NCBI GenBank assembly: GCA_026417575.1
Contig: JAOACZ010000128.1
Span: 5,127-69,126 of the forward strand
DNA length: 64,000 nucleotides
Direction: 5' to 3'
Source of the DNA: a bacterium
GTDB lineage: Bacteria > Auribacterota > UBA3054 > JAPLST01
The position numbers and the translations under genes are program-made. The notes under the pieces were generated by a model that made no database searches, was not told the DNA's origin, and was given only the letters and a program-made list of their open reading frames with translations. Position 1 is the first letter of the stretch. Each line of letters starts with the position of its first letter. Shown here piece after piece: positions 1-9,443 of the stretch.

Positions 1-350
1 ATAAGAAAGTTGGTCCAGAAGGGCACGATGGTGAGGAGTAAGAGCGCATTGCGCAGGCCCGGCGTCGCCCGCGCAATGTAGTATGCCATGGGAATAGACA
101 GCACCAGTGAGATTAAGGTGGCTGCCGCACTCAGCCAGATCGTGCGCCAGATAATTGCCGGGTAGTTGGGATTGGCCAGGTGGCGCAATGTCTCGAGTGT
201 CCAGCCTGGGCCGAGTCCGCCATACATGTCTGCTGGCTTAAAGGTCATGGCAAAGACGATCAACGTGGGAACACAGAATAAGACCGAGAGCCAAACAAAC
301 GATGGTGTGGTGACCAGAATTTCATGGAGAGTGCGGCGAGAGGGAGCCAT
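1..350 (-). CDS. potB: Spermidine/putrescine-type ABC transporter permease, N-terminal part (continues past window start)
   Basis: My translation of the minus strand from ATG at 350-348: MAPSRRTLHEILVTTPSFVWLSVLFCVPTLIVFAMTFKP...IVPFWTNFL. This is a membrane-permease N-terminus, starting 1 nt after the potA stop. Confidence 0.65.
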   Translation of the reverse strand, partial: MAPSRRTLHEILVTTPSFVWLSVLFCVPTLIVFAMTFKPADMYGGLGPGWTLETLRHLANPNYPAIIWRTIWLSAAATLISLVLSIPMAYYIARATPGLRNALLLLTIVPFWTNFL

Positions 351-351
351 G

Positions 352-1536
352 TTATACCTCCGCTCGCGGCGGCGCTGGTACCGCGCCATTTTGGCCCACT
401 TCTTCGGGTGGAGTCTGGATCAGCAGTTCGTCAGCTTCGCTATAACGCTCGAGCATGTAGCCATCATCAGCGTGCCACCAAATCCAGACGTCATCTTTCC
501 AACGAATGGGTTGTTCGTCGAGGAGAAAGCGGCCATGTTGTTGCGAAATCGCCAGACGATATTCATCTACGCGCACCCAATACTTTGTGTGCGAGCCGAG
601 ATAGATAATGTCTTCCACATTCGCGGAGATGAGGTTATAGCGCCCGTCTAGCTGGGGGCGCTCGCGCGAGATACGGAACTTTTCTGGCCGCACACTGAGG
701 TAGACGAGGTCGTTGACCTTCATCTTTTTATCGTTGAAGCAGACCACAGAAGGGAATCCGTCAATCTGCATTAAAATGTAATCATCATTGATAATCTCGG
801 CTACGCGCCCCTCGAAGAAGTTGGTGTCGCCGATGAAGGCGGCTACAAAACTACTGCGCGGCGCTTCGTACACTTCTGCGGGGGTACCGAGCTGCTCAAT
901 GCGGCCCTGGTTCATCACGGCGATGCGATCACTCAAACTCATCGCTTCGCCTTGGTCGTGTGTGACGTAGAGGAAGGTGATACCGACCTGGTCGTGGATG
1001 AGATCGAGTTCGATCAGCATGCGCTGGCGCAGCTTGAGATCTAGCGCAGCCAGGGGCTCGTCGAGAAGAAGCACGCTGGGTTTGTTGATCAGGGCGCGGG
1101 CGATGGCAACACGTTGTTTCTGCCCGCCGCTAATCTGGTGGGGTTTTTTGTGGGCGTGTTCTTCCATTTGGATGAGCGCGAGCATGCGTTCTACTTCATT
1201 GAAAATTTCGCGGCGTGGCCGCTTGGCGACGCGCAGGCCAAAGGCAATGTTTTCCCAGACCGAGAGGTGGGGAAAGAGGGCGTAGTTTTGGAAGATGGTA
1301 TTGACCTGACGGCGATTGGGCGGGAGATCGGTGATATCTACGCCATCGAGATAGATTCGTCCCGTGTCGGGTATTTCGAAGCCGCCGAGCATGCGAAGCA
1401 GGGTGGTTTTGCCGCAACCACTCGGGCCGAGAAGTGAAAAGAATTCGCCACGGCGCACGCCCAGGGAGACATGATCCACGGCGCGTAAACGGCCAAAGGT
1501 TTTGGACACGTCAACAAATTCGAGGAACTCCGCCAT
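352..1536 (-). CDS. potA: ABC importer ATP-binding protein, spermidine/putrescine (PotA) type
   Basis: 394-aa ORF with Walker A GPSGCGKTT, ABC signature ISGGQKQR, Walker B LLLDEP and a C-terminal TOBE-like extension. Confidence 0.85.
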   Translation of the reverse strand: MAEFLEFVDVSKTFGRLRAVDHVSLGVRRGEFFSLLGPSGCGKTTLLRMLGGFEIPDTGRIYLDGVDITDLPPNRRQVNTIFQNYALFPHLSVWENIAFGLRVAKRPRREIFNEVERMLALIQMEEHAHKKPHQISGGQKQRVAIARALINKPSVLLLDEPLAALDLKLRQRMLIELDLIHDQVGITFLYVTHDQGEAMSLSDRIAVMNQGRIEQLGTPAEVYEAPRSSFVAAFIGDTNFFEGRVAEIINDDYILMQIDGFPSVVCFNDKKMKVNDLVYLSVRPEKFRISRERPQLDGRYNLISANVEDIIYLGSHTKYWVRVDEYRLAISQQHGRFLLDEQPIRWKDDVWIWWHADDGYMLERYSEADELLIQTPPEEVGQNGAVPAPPRAEV

Positions 1537-1564
1537 GTACGTGCTGCAGGTTCCGTACGGGTAC

Positions 1565-1656
<92 letters not shown>

Positions 1657-1706
1657 CGCCGTTCTGCGGGAGCGCCGCCGCGCCGGCGCCCACAGCCCAA
1701 AACACA

Positions 1707-1782
<76 letters not shown>

Positions 1783-1820
1783 ACGCGCGCTCGTCAAGCG
1801 TTGTCCACTACAAGAAATGC

Positions 1821-1849
1821 ATTGTAGCAAAAAGCGACGGTGCTGTCAA
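1821..1849 (-). promoter_or_regulatory. sigma70-type promoter for the tRNA-Lys/tRNA-Ser unit
   Basis: Minus strand reads TTGACA-17 nt-TACAAT, about 38 nt upstream of the tRNA-Lys 5' end. An A-tract (CAAAAAAAC) upstream resembles an UP element. Confidence 0.6.
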
Positions 1850-2388
1850 AGTCCAAAAGTGCGTAGCTGGTGTTTTTTTGCCGTGAACCGATGAGCACTA
1901 GCGATGTGCGTACTGATAAGTTCCGTGGCGCTTTCCTCGAGCAGGCTTGAAGTGAAGCGTTCTTTAGTACTCCCACGTGCATGCTACCCGTGTTGAATCC
2001 GCGCAGTCCATGTTCCTCAGGCGAGACGGCGCGAGGCGTGGAAGGCAGTACATTACCTGAAACGCGTTCATTCGTATGGCACGGATGGACCATCACCGGC
2101 ATCGCTTGCTCACCCAGCTGGGCGAAGAGTTCGTCCGCCCAAGCGACGTGCTGGTGAAGATTTCAATCGGCTGGTGAAATAAACATGCGTTCGTGTTTGA
2201 GATTCGCGGGGGTGTAAGGTTGCGCACGGAAAAAAAGTGCGCCAACGCGCGGGTCGTTCCCAGCACCATTCAAGTGCGGGCACTGAGGTTCTGGAGACGG
2301 CTGGTGTGACTGCCGCGTGCTCTCCGCAGAGCTCGCTTCGAGAGTCTTGCCGCAGAAGCGCGCGGGTTCCGCTACATCTTGGGGGGAC

Positions 2389-2417
2389 TTGATTTTTGAA
2401 CCACAATGTGCTACACT
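2389..2417 (+). promoter_or_regulatory. sigma70-type promoter of the candidate sRNA
   Basis: TTGATT (2389-2394), 17-nt spacer, TACACT (2412-2417). Predicted TSS is near 2424. Confidence 0.45.
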
Positions 2418-2423
2418 ATACGC

Positions 2424-2586
2424 ACGATGGCGAGCGAGATGCGGCATCCTTAGATGGATACACGACAAACAGCAAGTCCCTCCTCCACAAACCGATATCC
2501 ATGGCCGCATCTCAACGCTCAACATCATTCAGCCACCGCGGCTGGGAACGTCACCCCCAGGACAAGTACCAGCCGCTTTTTATTTC
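2424..2586 (+). ncRNA. Candidate structured small RNA (about 160 nt), family unknown
   Basis: Bounded by a promoter and a terminator. Long imperfect helix: GATG/CATC, GAGC/GCTC, GAGATGCGGC/GCCGCATCTC (2426-2445 with 2504-2526). Inner 7-bp helix ATGGATA/TATCCAT (2454-2460 with 2496-2502). The 35-nt apical loop contains CCCUCCUCC (2478-2486). No credible ORF. Confidence 0.45.
2538..2586 (+). terminator. Rho-independent terminator-like hairpin plus U-tract
   Basis: GCGGCTGG (2538-2545) pairs with CCAGCCGC (2569-2576). An inner CTGGG/CCCAG pairing is possible. Followed directly by TTTTTATTT. Confidence 0.5.
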
Positions 2587-2645
2587 TTCGTGACGCGCGC
2601 TACCGCGCTTCACGCTCATGACGTCTCGCAGGCGAGCGCTTTCGC

Positions 2646-3569
2646 ATGCCAACGCCCGCTCACGAAAATCCGCTCCACACCGCAGTTCGCCAGTTCGTCC
2701 TTCATCTTCAGCTCGAACGTGGGTTGGCGCGCAACACCTGCCTGGCTTACGAAAACGATGTGCGGCTCTTCGGCGCGTTTCTGGCCCGGCATGGTATCAA
2801 TGCCTGGCACGAGGTCACACCTGCACATATTACTGACTTTCTCACCGAGCGCCATGCTCTCCGGCGTAGCGTGAATACTGTTTTGCGCGAGTTAATTGCC
2901 TTGCGCGTGTTCTTCCGATATCTGGTGCAAGAGAGAACGGTTCAGGAGGACGTGACCGCACGCGTGGAAGCACCTAAAGTGTGGCGTCTATTGCCAGAGG
3001 TGCTGAGCGAAGGGGAGATGCAACAGCTTCTGACAGCGCCGGATGAGCGCACGTGGCGTGGAGCGCGAGACAAAGCCATGCTTGAGTTGTTGTACGCGAC
3101 GGGTCTGCGGGTGAGTGAACTTGTGACCCTACGACTAGGTGACGTGGATTTGGAGAGCGGATTCTTGCGGTGTCGCGGGAAAGGCGGAAAAGAGCGTGTG
3201 GTTCCGATTGGCGCGCCGGCACGTGCGGCGCTGCGAGCTTACCTGTCATGGCGCGGATCGGGAGCGGGAGCCGAACCCCTTTTTTGTACCTCACGGCATA
3301 CAGCCATGACGCGTGTGAACTTTTGGAAACGCATTACTCAGTATGCAAAAAGGGCTGGGATTCTCAAGGCCGCGCATCCACACATCGTGCGCCATTCCTT
3401 TGCCACGCACTTACTTATGCATGGCGCTGACTTACGCGTGGTACAGGAGCTTCTCGGGCACGCAAACATCACGACCACGCAACGATACACGCACGTGGAC
3501 CATCAACGTTTACGCGCTGTGCATCGCCAATTCCATCCCCGTGCGCGCTTGCCGCGCGGTGAGGTATGA
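2646..3569 (+). CDS. xerD: Tyrosine site-specific recombinase XerD
   Basis: 307 aa. Contains RDKAMLELLYATGLRVSELV, HIVRHSFATHLL, LLGHANITTTQRYTH and ends HPRA, close to the E. coli XerD motifs as I recall them. Confidence 0.8.
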   Translation: MPTPAHENPLHTAVRQFVLHLQLERGLARNTCLAYENDVRLFGAFLARHGINAWHEVTPAHITDFLTERHALRRSVNTVLRELIALRVFFRYLVQERTVQEDVTARVEAPKVWRLLPEVLSEGEMQQLLTAPDERTWRGARDKAMLELLYATGLRVSELVTLRLGDVDLESGFLRCRGKGGKERVVPIGAPARAALRAYLSWRGSGAGAEPLFCTSRHTAMTRVNFWKRITQYAKRAGILKAAHPHIVRHSFATHLLMHGADLRVVQELLGHANITTTQRYTHVDHQRLRAVHRQFHPRARLPRGEV

Positions 3570-3679
3570 GGGAAAGGCAAGCCCTCGTCAGCGAGTGTTT
3601 TGACACAGATGCGAACGTCGGGACAATGCCTCGTGGCGAAATGAACATTTGTCGTGAGGGTGGGAAAGGTGCCTTGGAT

Positions 3680-4759
3680 TCATTGATTTTTGACGACGTC
3701 ACTGAACGTTCTCTTTTTCAGGCCGTGATGGGCGACGGGGTCGGAAGCAAGAGGAACGCGTGTTGCAGCTACCATGGCCACCACGTTAGCAGGTTGCGTG
3801 TTTGGGAGCATGGCTTTGTGGCTGGGACCCACAATGATGCGTTCAGCACACGCACGCCGGAGCTCGCGCAGCGCTGCCGTGACCTCGGCAGATGTGGAAT
3901 GAACCAGCAGATCCTGCGTGTCCACCCCGCCCATAAAGACAAGCCGCGAGCCAAAGCGGGCGGCCTGGTCGGCGGGAACCATCCCCTTGGCACGTGTTAG
4001 CATGTGACGCTGGCAATCCACACCAGCTGCAGTCGGCTCGTCAATGTGTTCGCTGATAGCGCCGCATGAGTGCGGGGCTAAGACATACCCGTGCGCGTGT
4101 GCTTGTGCGGCAAATCGCGCATTCCAGGGGCGGAAGAAGGCGCGAAACACCGCGGGTGACATTAATAACCCAGTTTGCGTGCCGAAATCATTGCCCATGA
4201 AGCTGGCATCCATGCGCACCAGCTGCGCGATAGAACAGTTCGTTGACATCGCAGTAGAAACTGCACATTCGCTCGAGCGCCGCGTTCACCACGTCTGGCG
4301 CGAGGAGGAGCAAGGAGAGCAAATCTTCCGTGCCAAACAAATAGCACAGGTCATGAAAGAACGGTGTCCAGAGGCCACTCATGCGATAGTAGGGCCCGCA
4401 GGCGTCGAGGTGGGCAGGCGTCTCGTTAAAGTCGAGGTAACGAGCGTCAGGGAACGGCAGGTATCAACATCACCACGGTAGCGGGCAAAAGCCCTTTGCG
4501 CGCTAAGCCGTGGGAGGGTAGCTTCTCACCAGGGGCGCATGCTCATACCGGCGGGGTGGCTATACGTGGAAGCAAAGTGCTGCGGGCCGATCCAGCACAC
4601 GTTATCGCCCAGAAATTGCAGAAGTTCTTCGAGCGAGGTGCTGCCGAGCACGGTATGAAGCGTGGCTTGGATTTCTTGGGGAGGGCACCCGAGCCAGAAA
4701 GCGCAACGCTCCACCGGCACGCCAGCGATGAGGGCGTGCACGCGCGCACGGGGCGTCAC
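3680..4759 (-). pseudogene. Uroporphyrinogen decarboxylase (URO-D/MtaA-like) family gene, frameshifted
   Basis: Consecutive minus-strand pieces in different frames read as one protein of about 360 aa: 4759-4526 MTPRARVHALIAGVPVERCAFWLG...HPAGMSMRPW stop; then ...LPFPDARYLDFNETPAHLDACGPYYRMSGLWTPFFHDLCYLFGTEDLL... (to 4188); then 4249-3680 ...FMGGVDTQDLLVHSTSAEVTAALRELRRA.... At least 3 frame disruptions. Confidence 0.7.
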
Positions 4760-5691
4760 GCGAGTCCTCCTACCGAGCCCCGCTGCAGCGCGGAGATTTC
4801 CTCACGCCAGTGACAGGAGGGGATCGTGTCGGGCTTGGTGAGCGAGAGCGTAGCCGCCGCGTGCTCGAGGCGCAATGCCGCCGCCAACTCCATGCTTTCC
4901 GCAAGACCACCCCGATAGGCCGCCGGTAAACGCATCGCCAGCACCCACGGTATCTACCGCGATCAGGGGCCAGGTCGGCACGCTCACCGGCAACATGGAC
5001 ATGCTCTTGTAGCCACAACGGCCTGCCGCGTCTTGTGTGGTAACCACCGCCCGGCATCCAAGCGCCTGCAAGCGCCGCATCGCGGTCACCAAATCATCCC
5101 CCGACATACCCGCGCACACTACTGTTTCCGTTTCGTTCGGCGTGATGATATGAGCGCATGACAGATCACAAGTGGAGAGATCATGAGCAGGTGCAGGATT
5201 AAAGATCGTTTGCGCGCCGCACACCTCACCTAAACGCATTGCTGCCAGTGCGGCTCGAGATGAGTGTCAAGCTGCGTGATGATGACCACAGCATGCTCAA
5301 ACAGCTCACGCTGCGCCGCCAGATCATCCGGTGTCAGCGCACTATTTGCGCCCGATGACGGCAATGGGATTGTGCCGTTCGGTGTCCACGATGATGAAGC
5401 CCACACCAGTAGGTAAGTCTGCATGACGTTGCACGCCGCGAGTGGCTATACCTTCGTCGGCCATCAAGCGAAGCATGGCGTCCCCGTAGGCATCGTTGCC
5501 TACCGCGGCAATAATGCAGTGGATGCGCCCAGACGTGCTGCTTGTGAAGCCTGGTTAGATCACTTGCCGCCAAGCACGGCGCGAAATGAATTTCCAATAA
5601 CGGTTTTGCCGCTCACCGGCAGGCGTGGTATTTGGATGACTAGGTCCGTTGCATAGCTGCCCACGACGAGGATGCGTGCAGAAGAGGACAT
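4756..5691 (-). pseudogene. PfkB/ribokinase-family carbohydrate kinase gene, frameshifted with an internal stop
   Basis: From ATG at 5691: MSSSARILVVGSYATDLVIQIPRLPVSGKTVIGNSFRAVLGGK then TGA. Shifted frame: IIAAVGNDAYGDAMLRLMADEGIATRGVQRHADLPTGVGFIIVDTERHNPIAVIGRK stop. Pieces 5230-5424 and 4802-5239 carry DTVGAGDAF. The C-terminal piece 4756-4944 is in yet another frame. Confidence 0.7.
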
Positions 5692-5866
5692 AAAGCAGCT
5701 CATTTACAGCTTACTGCAGCGCACGGGAAAGCTCACTCCAGTTGCTTAGCATGCGCGTTACCCAGCGCATGTGAGCGGAGGACAGGGCGGGAGACAACGG
5801 CATCAAGATCGCCGAGCGGCTGCGCAGGCGCCATATACTCCCGCCGCTGCCGGTGCGTCGCACACA

Positions 5867-8800
5867 TCAGCGTAACTCCACGTCCACGCGGGCCACCTCA
5901 CCTGTGCGCAAGCGCAGAGCAAGCTCAGTTGGTAGCCAGGGGCCCGCCACCGTGCAGGTGCTACCGTCGCGCATGCGGACGTGATACGTTGCCGGCGTAA
6001 CGGCGCGGGGCCCGAAAGTCGCGCGTCGTTGCGGATTGTGATAGACGAGGAGCGTGCCACCCAGAATGACGAACGCGCAGGCGTGCGCAGGAATCGTCAC
6101 CGTTTGCCTGCCCTCTAACGATTCCCACGTGCGCGTGACGGCGCGCCGCGTAAACAATTCCGCAGGAAGAATCGGTTGGAAACGCGCACGCAGCGCCCCT
6201 TGTGCGTCCAGAGAAAATATCCGCGCCGCGCCGCTCAGCTCTAACCACATACTGATGAACTCTACCGTTGCCCCGCTCAAGCGCGCGTAGAAACCGGTAC
6301 CATGAATGCGCCGATCTTCGTGCGCACTGCTGGCGATGAACGACGCATGCTCAAGCGGACTACGCCCGTAGCGCTGCGGCGGCTGGTAGGGCACAAGCGC
6401 GTCACGCGCCACAGCAAAAAATTGCTCGTATAGACCAGCGCGGAGCAGTGCAAAGAAATACTTGTACTCCATGTGCATCCACACGGATTGATTTTCGAGC
6501 CAGCCGGGCGGAAAGATATTTGCGCGGCCGATCTCCTGTGTGATCCGCGCCAACGGCGCGTTGAGCACGAACATGCGCAAGGTGCGGTCGTAGAGCGGGC
6601 TGCGAAGCACAGCTCGATGCAGCGCACGTGCTGCCGCGGGTCCCTCCAGCACATACATTACGCGCACCTGCGGCTCAAGAAACGGCGGCAAGGTTACGCG
6701 CGTGAACGACTCAGGCCAGACACACGGATGCCCGTCATGCCGACGCGGCGCACCGTCTGGGCCAGGGAGGACGCGGTACTGCGTCACGTTATAGAAAAAA
6801 TATCCGTGGTACAAGCCAGTGCGCTCGTCTCGGGCGCGGCGAATGGCACTCTGCAGCACCGTTTCCCACATTGCAAGCGTTTCTTGCAATTCATCCATGG
6901 TAATCGTTGTCGTCGCGCCGTCAACGCCGAGCCGCGTGTCAGTCAAGTAACGCTCCAGAGCGTCGTTACGCGCATGCCAGCGCGCGAGCGCTGTAGCGGA
7001 CGCATCCCACGAGGCTCTGAGATCGCGCACCAACTCTGCCAGTTCCACGCAACAGCTAATTCCACCGTGCGCCGGCAGGTGCGCGTGCAAAAACCGCACC
7101 AAGCGGAGTAATTCAGCCGTCTCGTTAATTGAAGAGCCGATAAGCCCCGGGAGGCCATTGAGGGCGTCGTTCCACCCCGGCCTGTTGCCACGCATTTCCA
7201 GCCCAAGTTCTTCAGGATCAAGCAAAGCCATCTTCACCGCTACCACGGAGAGAATCTTCTCGGACAACGTGGTGCGGTAGACCACGCCCTTGCCGTGCTC
7301 GGTGCGGACGCATGTCGGATCGTCTCGCCGCGCTGCAATTAACGCAGCTTTCTCAGGGTCGCGGGTGAGGGCATTGTGTTGGCGCACCACGCCACGCGCT
7401 TCGTCCAGGGTAAACCGCGTGTCGCGCGGCAGCATTATTTCGGGATTATCGTGATACGTATAGCTGCAGTCTTTAAAGAGAGCTGCAGCGGCGTGATCAG
7501 GATACACGGCGAGGTAATTTTCGAGTAAATCGAGGCAGTAGACCCAATGGTCAGACCAGTAGCCGTCGCTCCCTCCGAAGCGATCCACGCGGCGTGCGTG
7601 CGCCAGTAGGGTTGCAAGGACCTGCGGCGGGGGAAGTTTCTCTTGTAGCGCTGCGCGGGCGAGCTCCCCTGGTGTCGTGAGTGCGCCGGCAAATTTTGTT
7701 GCAAGTGTGCGGAGCTGCGCAGGCAGCGCACGTGTAGGCAGATCTATTGGGAGCGCGAACGCGGTGCCAAGGTAGACCAACGGATTGTTGCCATCCAGCT
7801 GGAGCGCGTTAAAAAATGTGCGCACGTTGGTCAATTCCACCGGCGGATGAAAGAGCACATCAGCGCGGCGATTCTGATTGATGTCGCGATAATTCGCATT
7901 GCCCTGAGAGTAATAGGCTGGCTCGAGCGCGAACCAGTTGTAATCGCGTTCCATGTCGCCATGCTTGCGAAAATAGAGATGAAAAATTTGCCGCCCCAGT
8001 GACACAGGGAGGCCACCACGCAGGACATTATCCAAATATGTTTGGCGGCAGTAATAGTCGAAGGTTGGCTGGGATGTCACCGTCCACATGCGGTCTTCAA
8101 TTTGGGCGATCAGACGCGCATTTTCGTCGCGCTTTTTGGCAAGCCAGTCTGGTTTTGCGAGCAGGGTCCGCAACCGTGTTACGTCGCGCGGCGCAGCGAC
8201 ATTGCCAACACAACTGAACCAGGTGCAACTGCTTCCTGCAGGCAGGTTCCGCGCAAAGCAAGCAAACGCACATGGCATAAACCCACGCGAGCGGAGAGCT
8301 CCGCGCCGCACCCGCCCATCGCGTGCCACCCAGGCTTGCGGCATATGCAGATCTCCGCCCTCATCGAAAATCTCGCGCGGATCGCCAATCATCTGCACCT
8401 GCGGTTGCCCCGCGCCCGTCACCACCGTGGTCAAGTAGTTAAAGGTTGTGTTGAAATCCGGCGTGACGGTGTCATAGTGAATGACGCGTGCGCGACTCAC
8501 CAGTACTCCCGGCGCTGGCGTGAGCGTCTCAATCACCCCAGCCTCCGTGTTGCTCATGTGCACATAGTCAGCCACGCACACACTGCCGGGGACAAAGCGC
8601 GCCACACCGTCCGCAATACGTACCAGCCGTGCTCGCCGGCTCGTGTTGGTAAGTGTCACCCAGCGCACCAGGGCGCCCCACGGCATTTGCGGCAGGGTAA
8701 AGTAAAGCACATGCACCCGCCACCCTAGCGACGGGTTGTCATCTTCAATCTCCAGCTCATGTGCGCGCACCCACAGGGTCTGTCGCGCTCCTTTCGCTCC

Positions 8801-9130
8801 CACGCGGAAAGGCTCATACACCTCGCCCGCGCTCCAAATGAACGTGCGGAACCCTTCCACACTCACACGCTGGTACGCTGTGTTGGCCGGATGATATGCC
8901 AAAATCGCTCCGTCTTTGTCGCGTGTCCCACAACTAGTAATCGCCTGACCGCGATTGCAATAGAAGACCCACATGGGAATGCCGTGCTCGCCTGCAATGC
9001 CGGGAAGGAAACTGGCAAATGGCCGTGCCTGGTGGTAGTTGTGTTGGACAAATGTGCCGTCCTGAAGCAGCGCCGAGTGGAACGTCGTCGCACCGGGTTT
9101 CATGGAGAAGAGAATAATCGCTGTGAACAA
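5867..9130 (-). CDS. Large (alpha/alpha)6-barrel glycoside hydrolase/phosphorylase-like protein (GH94/cellobiose-phosphorylase-like)
   Basis: Intact 1087-aa ORF with no signal peptide. The RPGWNDALNGLPG motif resembles the GDWND catalytic region of GH94 enzymes, and GYWSDHWVYCLDLLENY is also present. Family assignment is from memory only. Confidence 0.4.
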   Translation of the reverse strand: MFTAIILFSMKPGATTFHSALLQDGTFVQHNYHQARPFASFLPGIAGEHGIPMWVFYCNRGQAITSCGTRDKDGAILAYHPANTAYQRVSVEGFRTFIWSAGEVYEPFRVGAKGARQTLWVRAHELEIEDDNPSLGWRVHVLYFTLPQMPWGALVRWVTLTNTSRRARLVRIADGVARFVPGSVCVADYVHMSNTEAGVIETLTPAPGVLVSRARVIHYDTVTPDFNTTFNYLTTVVTGAGQPQVQMIGDPREIFDEGGDLHMPQAWVARDGRVRRGALRSRGFMPCAFACFARNLPAGSSCTWFSCVGNVAAPRDVTRLRTLLAKPDWLAKKRDENARLIAQIEDRMWTVTSQPTFDYYCRQTYLDNVLRGGLPVSLGRQIFHLYFRKHGDMERDYNWFALEPAYYSQGNANYRDINQNRRADVLFHPPVELTNVRTFFNALQLDGNNPLVYLGTAFALPIDLPTRALPAQLRTLATKFAGALTTPGELARAALQEKLPPPQVLATLLAHARRVDRFGGSDGYWSDHWVYCLDLLENYLAVYPDHAAAALFKDCSYTYHDNPEIMLPRDTRFTLDEARGVVRQHNALTRDPEKAALIAARRDDPTCVRTEHGKGVVYRTTLSEKILSVVAVKMALLDPEELGLEMRGNRPGWNDALNGLPGLIGSSINETAELLRLVRFLHAHLPAHGGISCCVELAELVRDLRASWDASATALARWHARNDALERYLTDTRLGVDGATTTITMDELQETLAMWETVLQSAIRRARDERTGLYHGYFFYNVTQYRVLPGPDGAPRRHDGHPCVWPESFTRVTLPPFLEPQVRVMYVLEGPAAARALHRAVLRSPLYDRTLRMFVLNAPLARITQEIGRANIFPPGWLENQSVWMHMEYKYFFALLRAGLYEQFFAVARDALVPYQPPQRYGRSPLEHASFIASSAHEDRRIHGTGFYARLSGATVEFISMWLELSGAARIFSLDAQGALRARFQPILPAELFTRRAVTRTWESLEGRQTVTIPAHACAFVILGGTLLVYHNPQRRATFGPRAVTPATYHVRMRDGSTCTVAGPWLPTELALRLRTGEVARVDVELR

Positions 9131-9199
9131 CGCCTTTTGGTTACATGACGCTTGGGCTGCGCTGCCAACGTGCGTGTGGGTGACGCAGCGAAATAGCTA

Positions 9200-9228
9200 A
9201 GTATAGTCCTTCCTGTCGTACAAGTCAA
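9200..9228 (-). promoter_or_regulatory. sigma70-type promoter of the 1087-aa gene
   Basis: Minus strand reads TTGACT-17 nt-TATACT, 69 nt upstream of the start at 9130. Confidence 0.5.
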
Positions 9229-9373
9229 AAGGAGCGCGAACCACTAGGTCGGGCACGGTTGATTTCGCCACCGCAGCGACGGAAGTGATACAGCGCCACG
9301 AACATAAGCCCGCCGGGCCGGCATTCTCTCACAGGTGCAATACGTAAAAGCAGCCGTCACTGTGCGCAGTCAT

Positions 9374-9402
9374 TTGACGAAGTGCGATGAGTGTGATATA
9401 CT
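9374..9402 (+). promoter_or_regulatory. sigma70-type promoter of the MBL/photolyase pair
   Basis: TTGACG (9374-9379), 17-nt spacer, TATACT (9397-9402), 41 nt upstream of the ATG at 9444. Confidence 0.5.
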
Positions 9403-9443
9403 AGACTGGACAGTTACCATACTTACCCCACGAGTGTCCGACG

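Noticed and set aside
1925-1950. A minus-strand GAGGAAAG string suggesting RNase P RNA in the ORF-free region.
   Set aside because: The continuation is GAGGAAAGCGCCACGG rather than GAGGAAAGUCCGGGC. No matching P4 partner (ACAGAA...CCGGCUUA) or other conserved regions were found.
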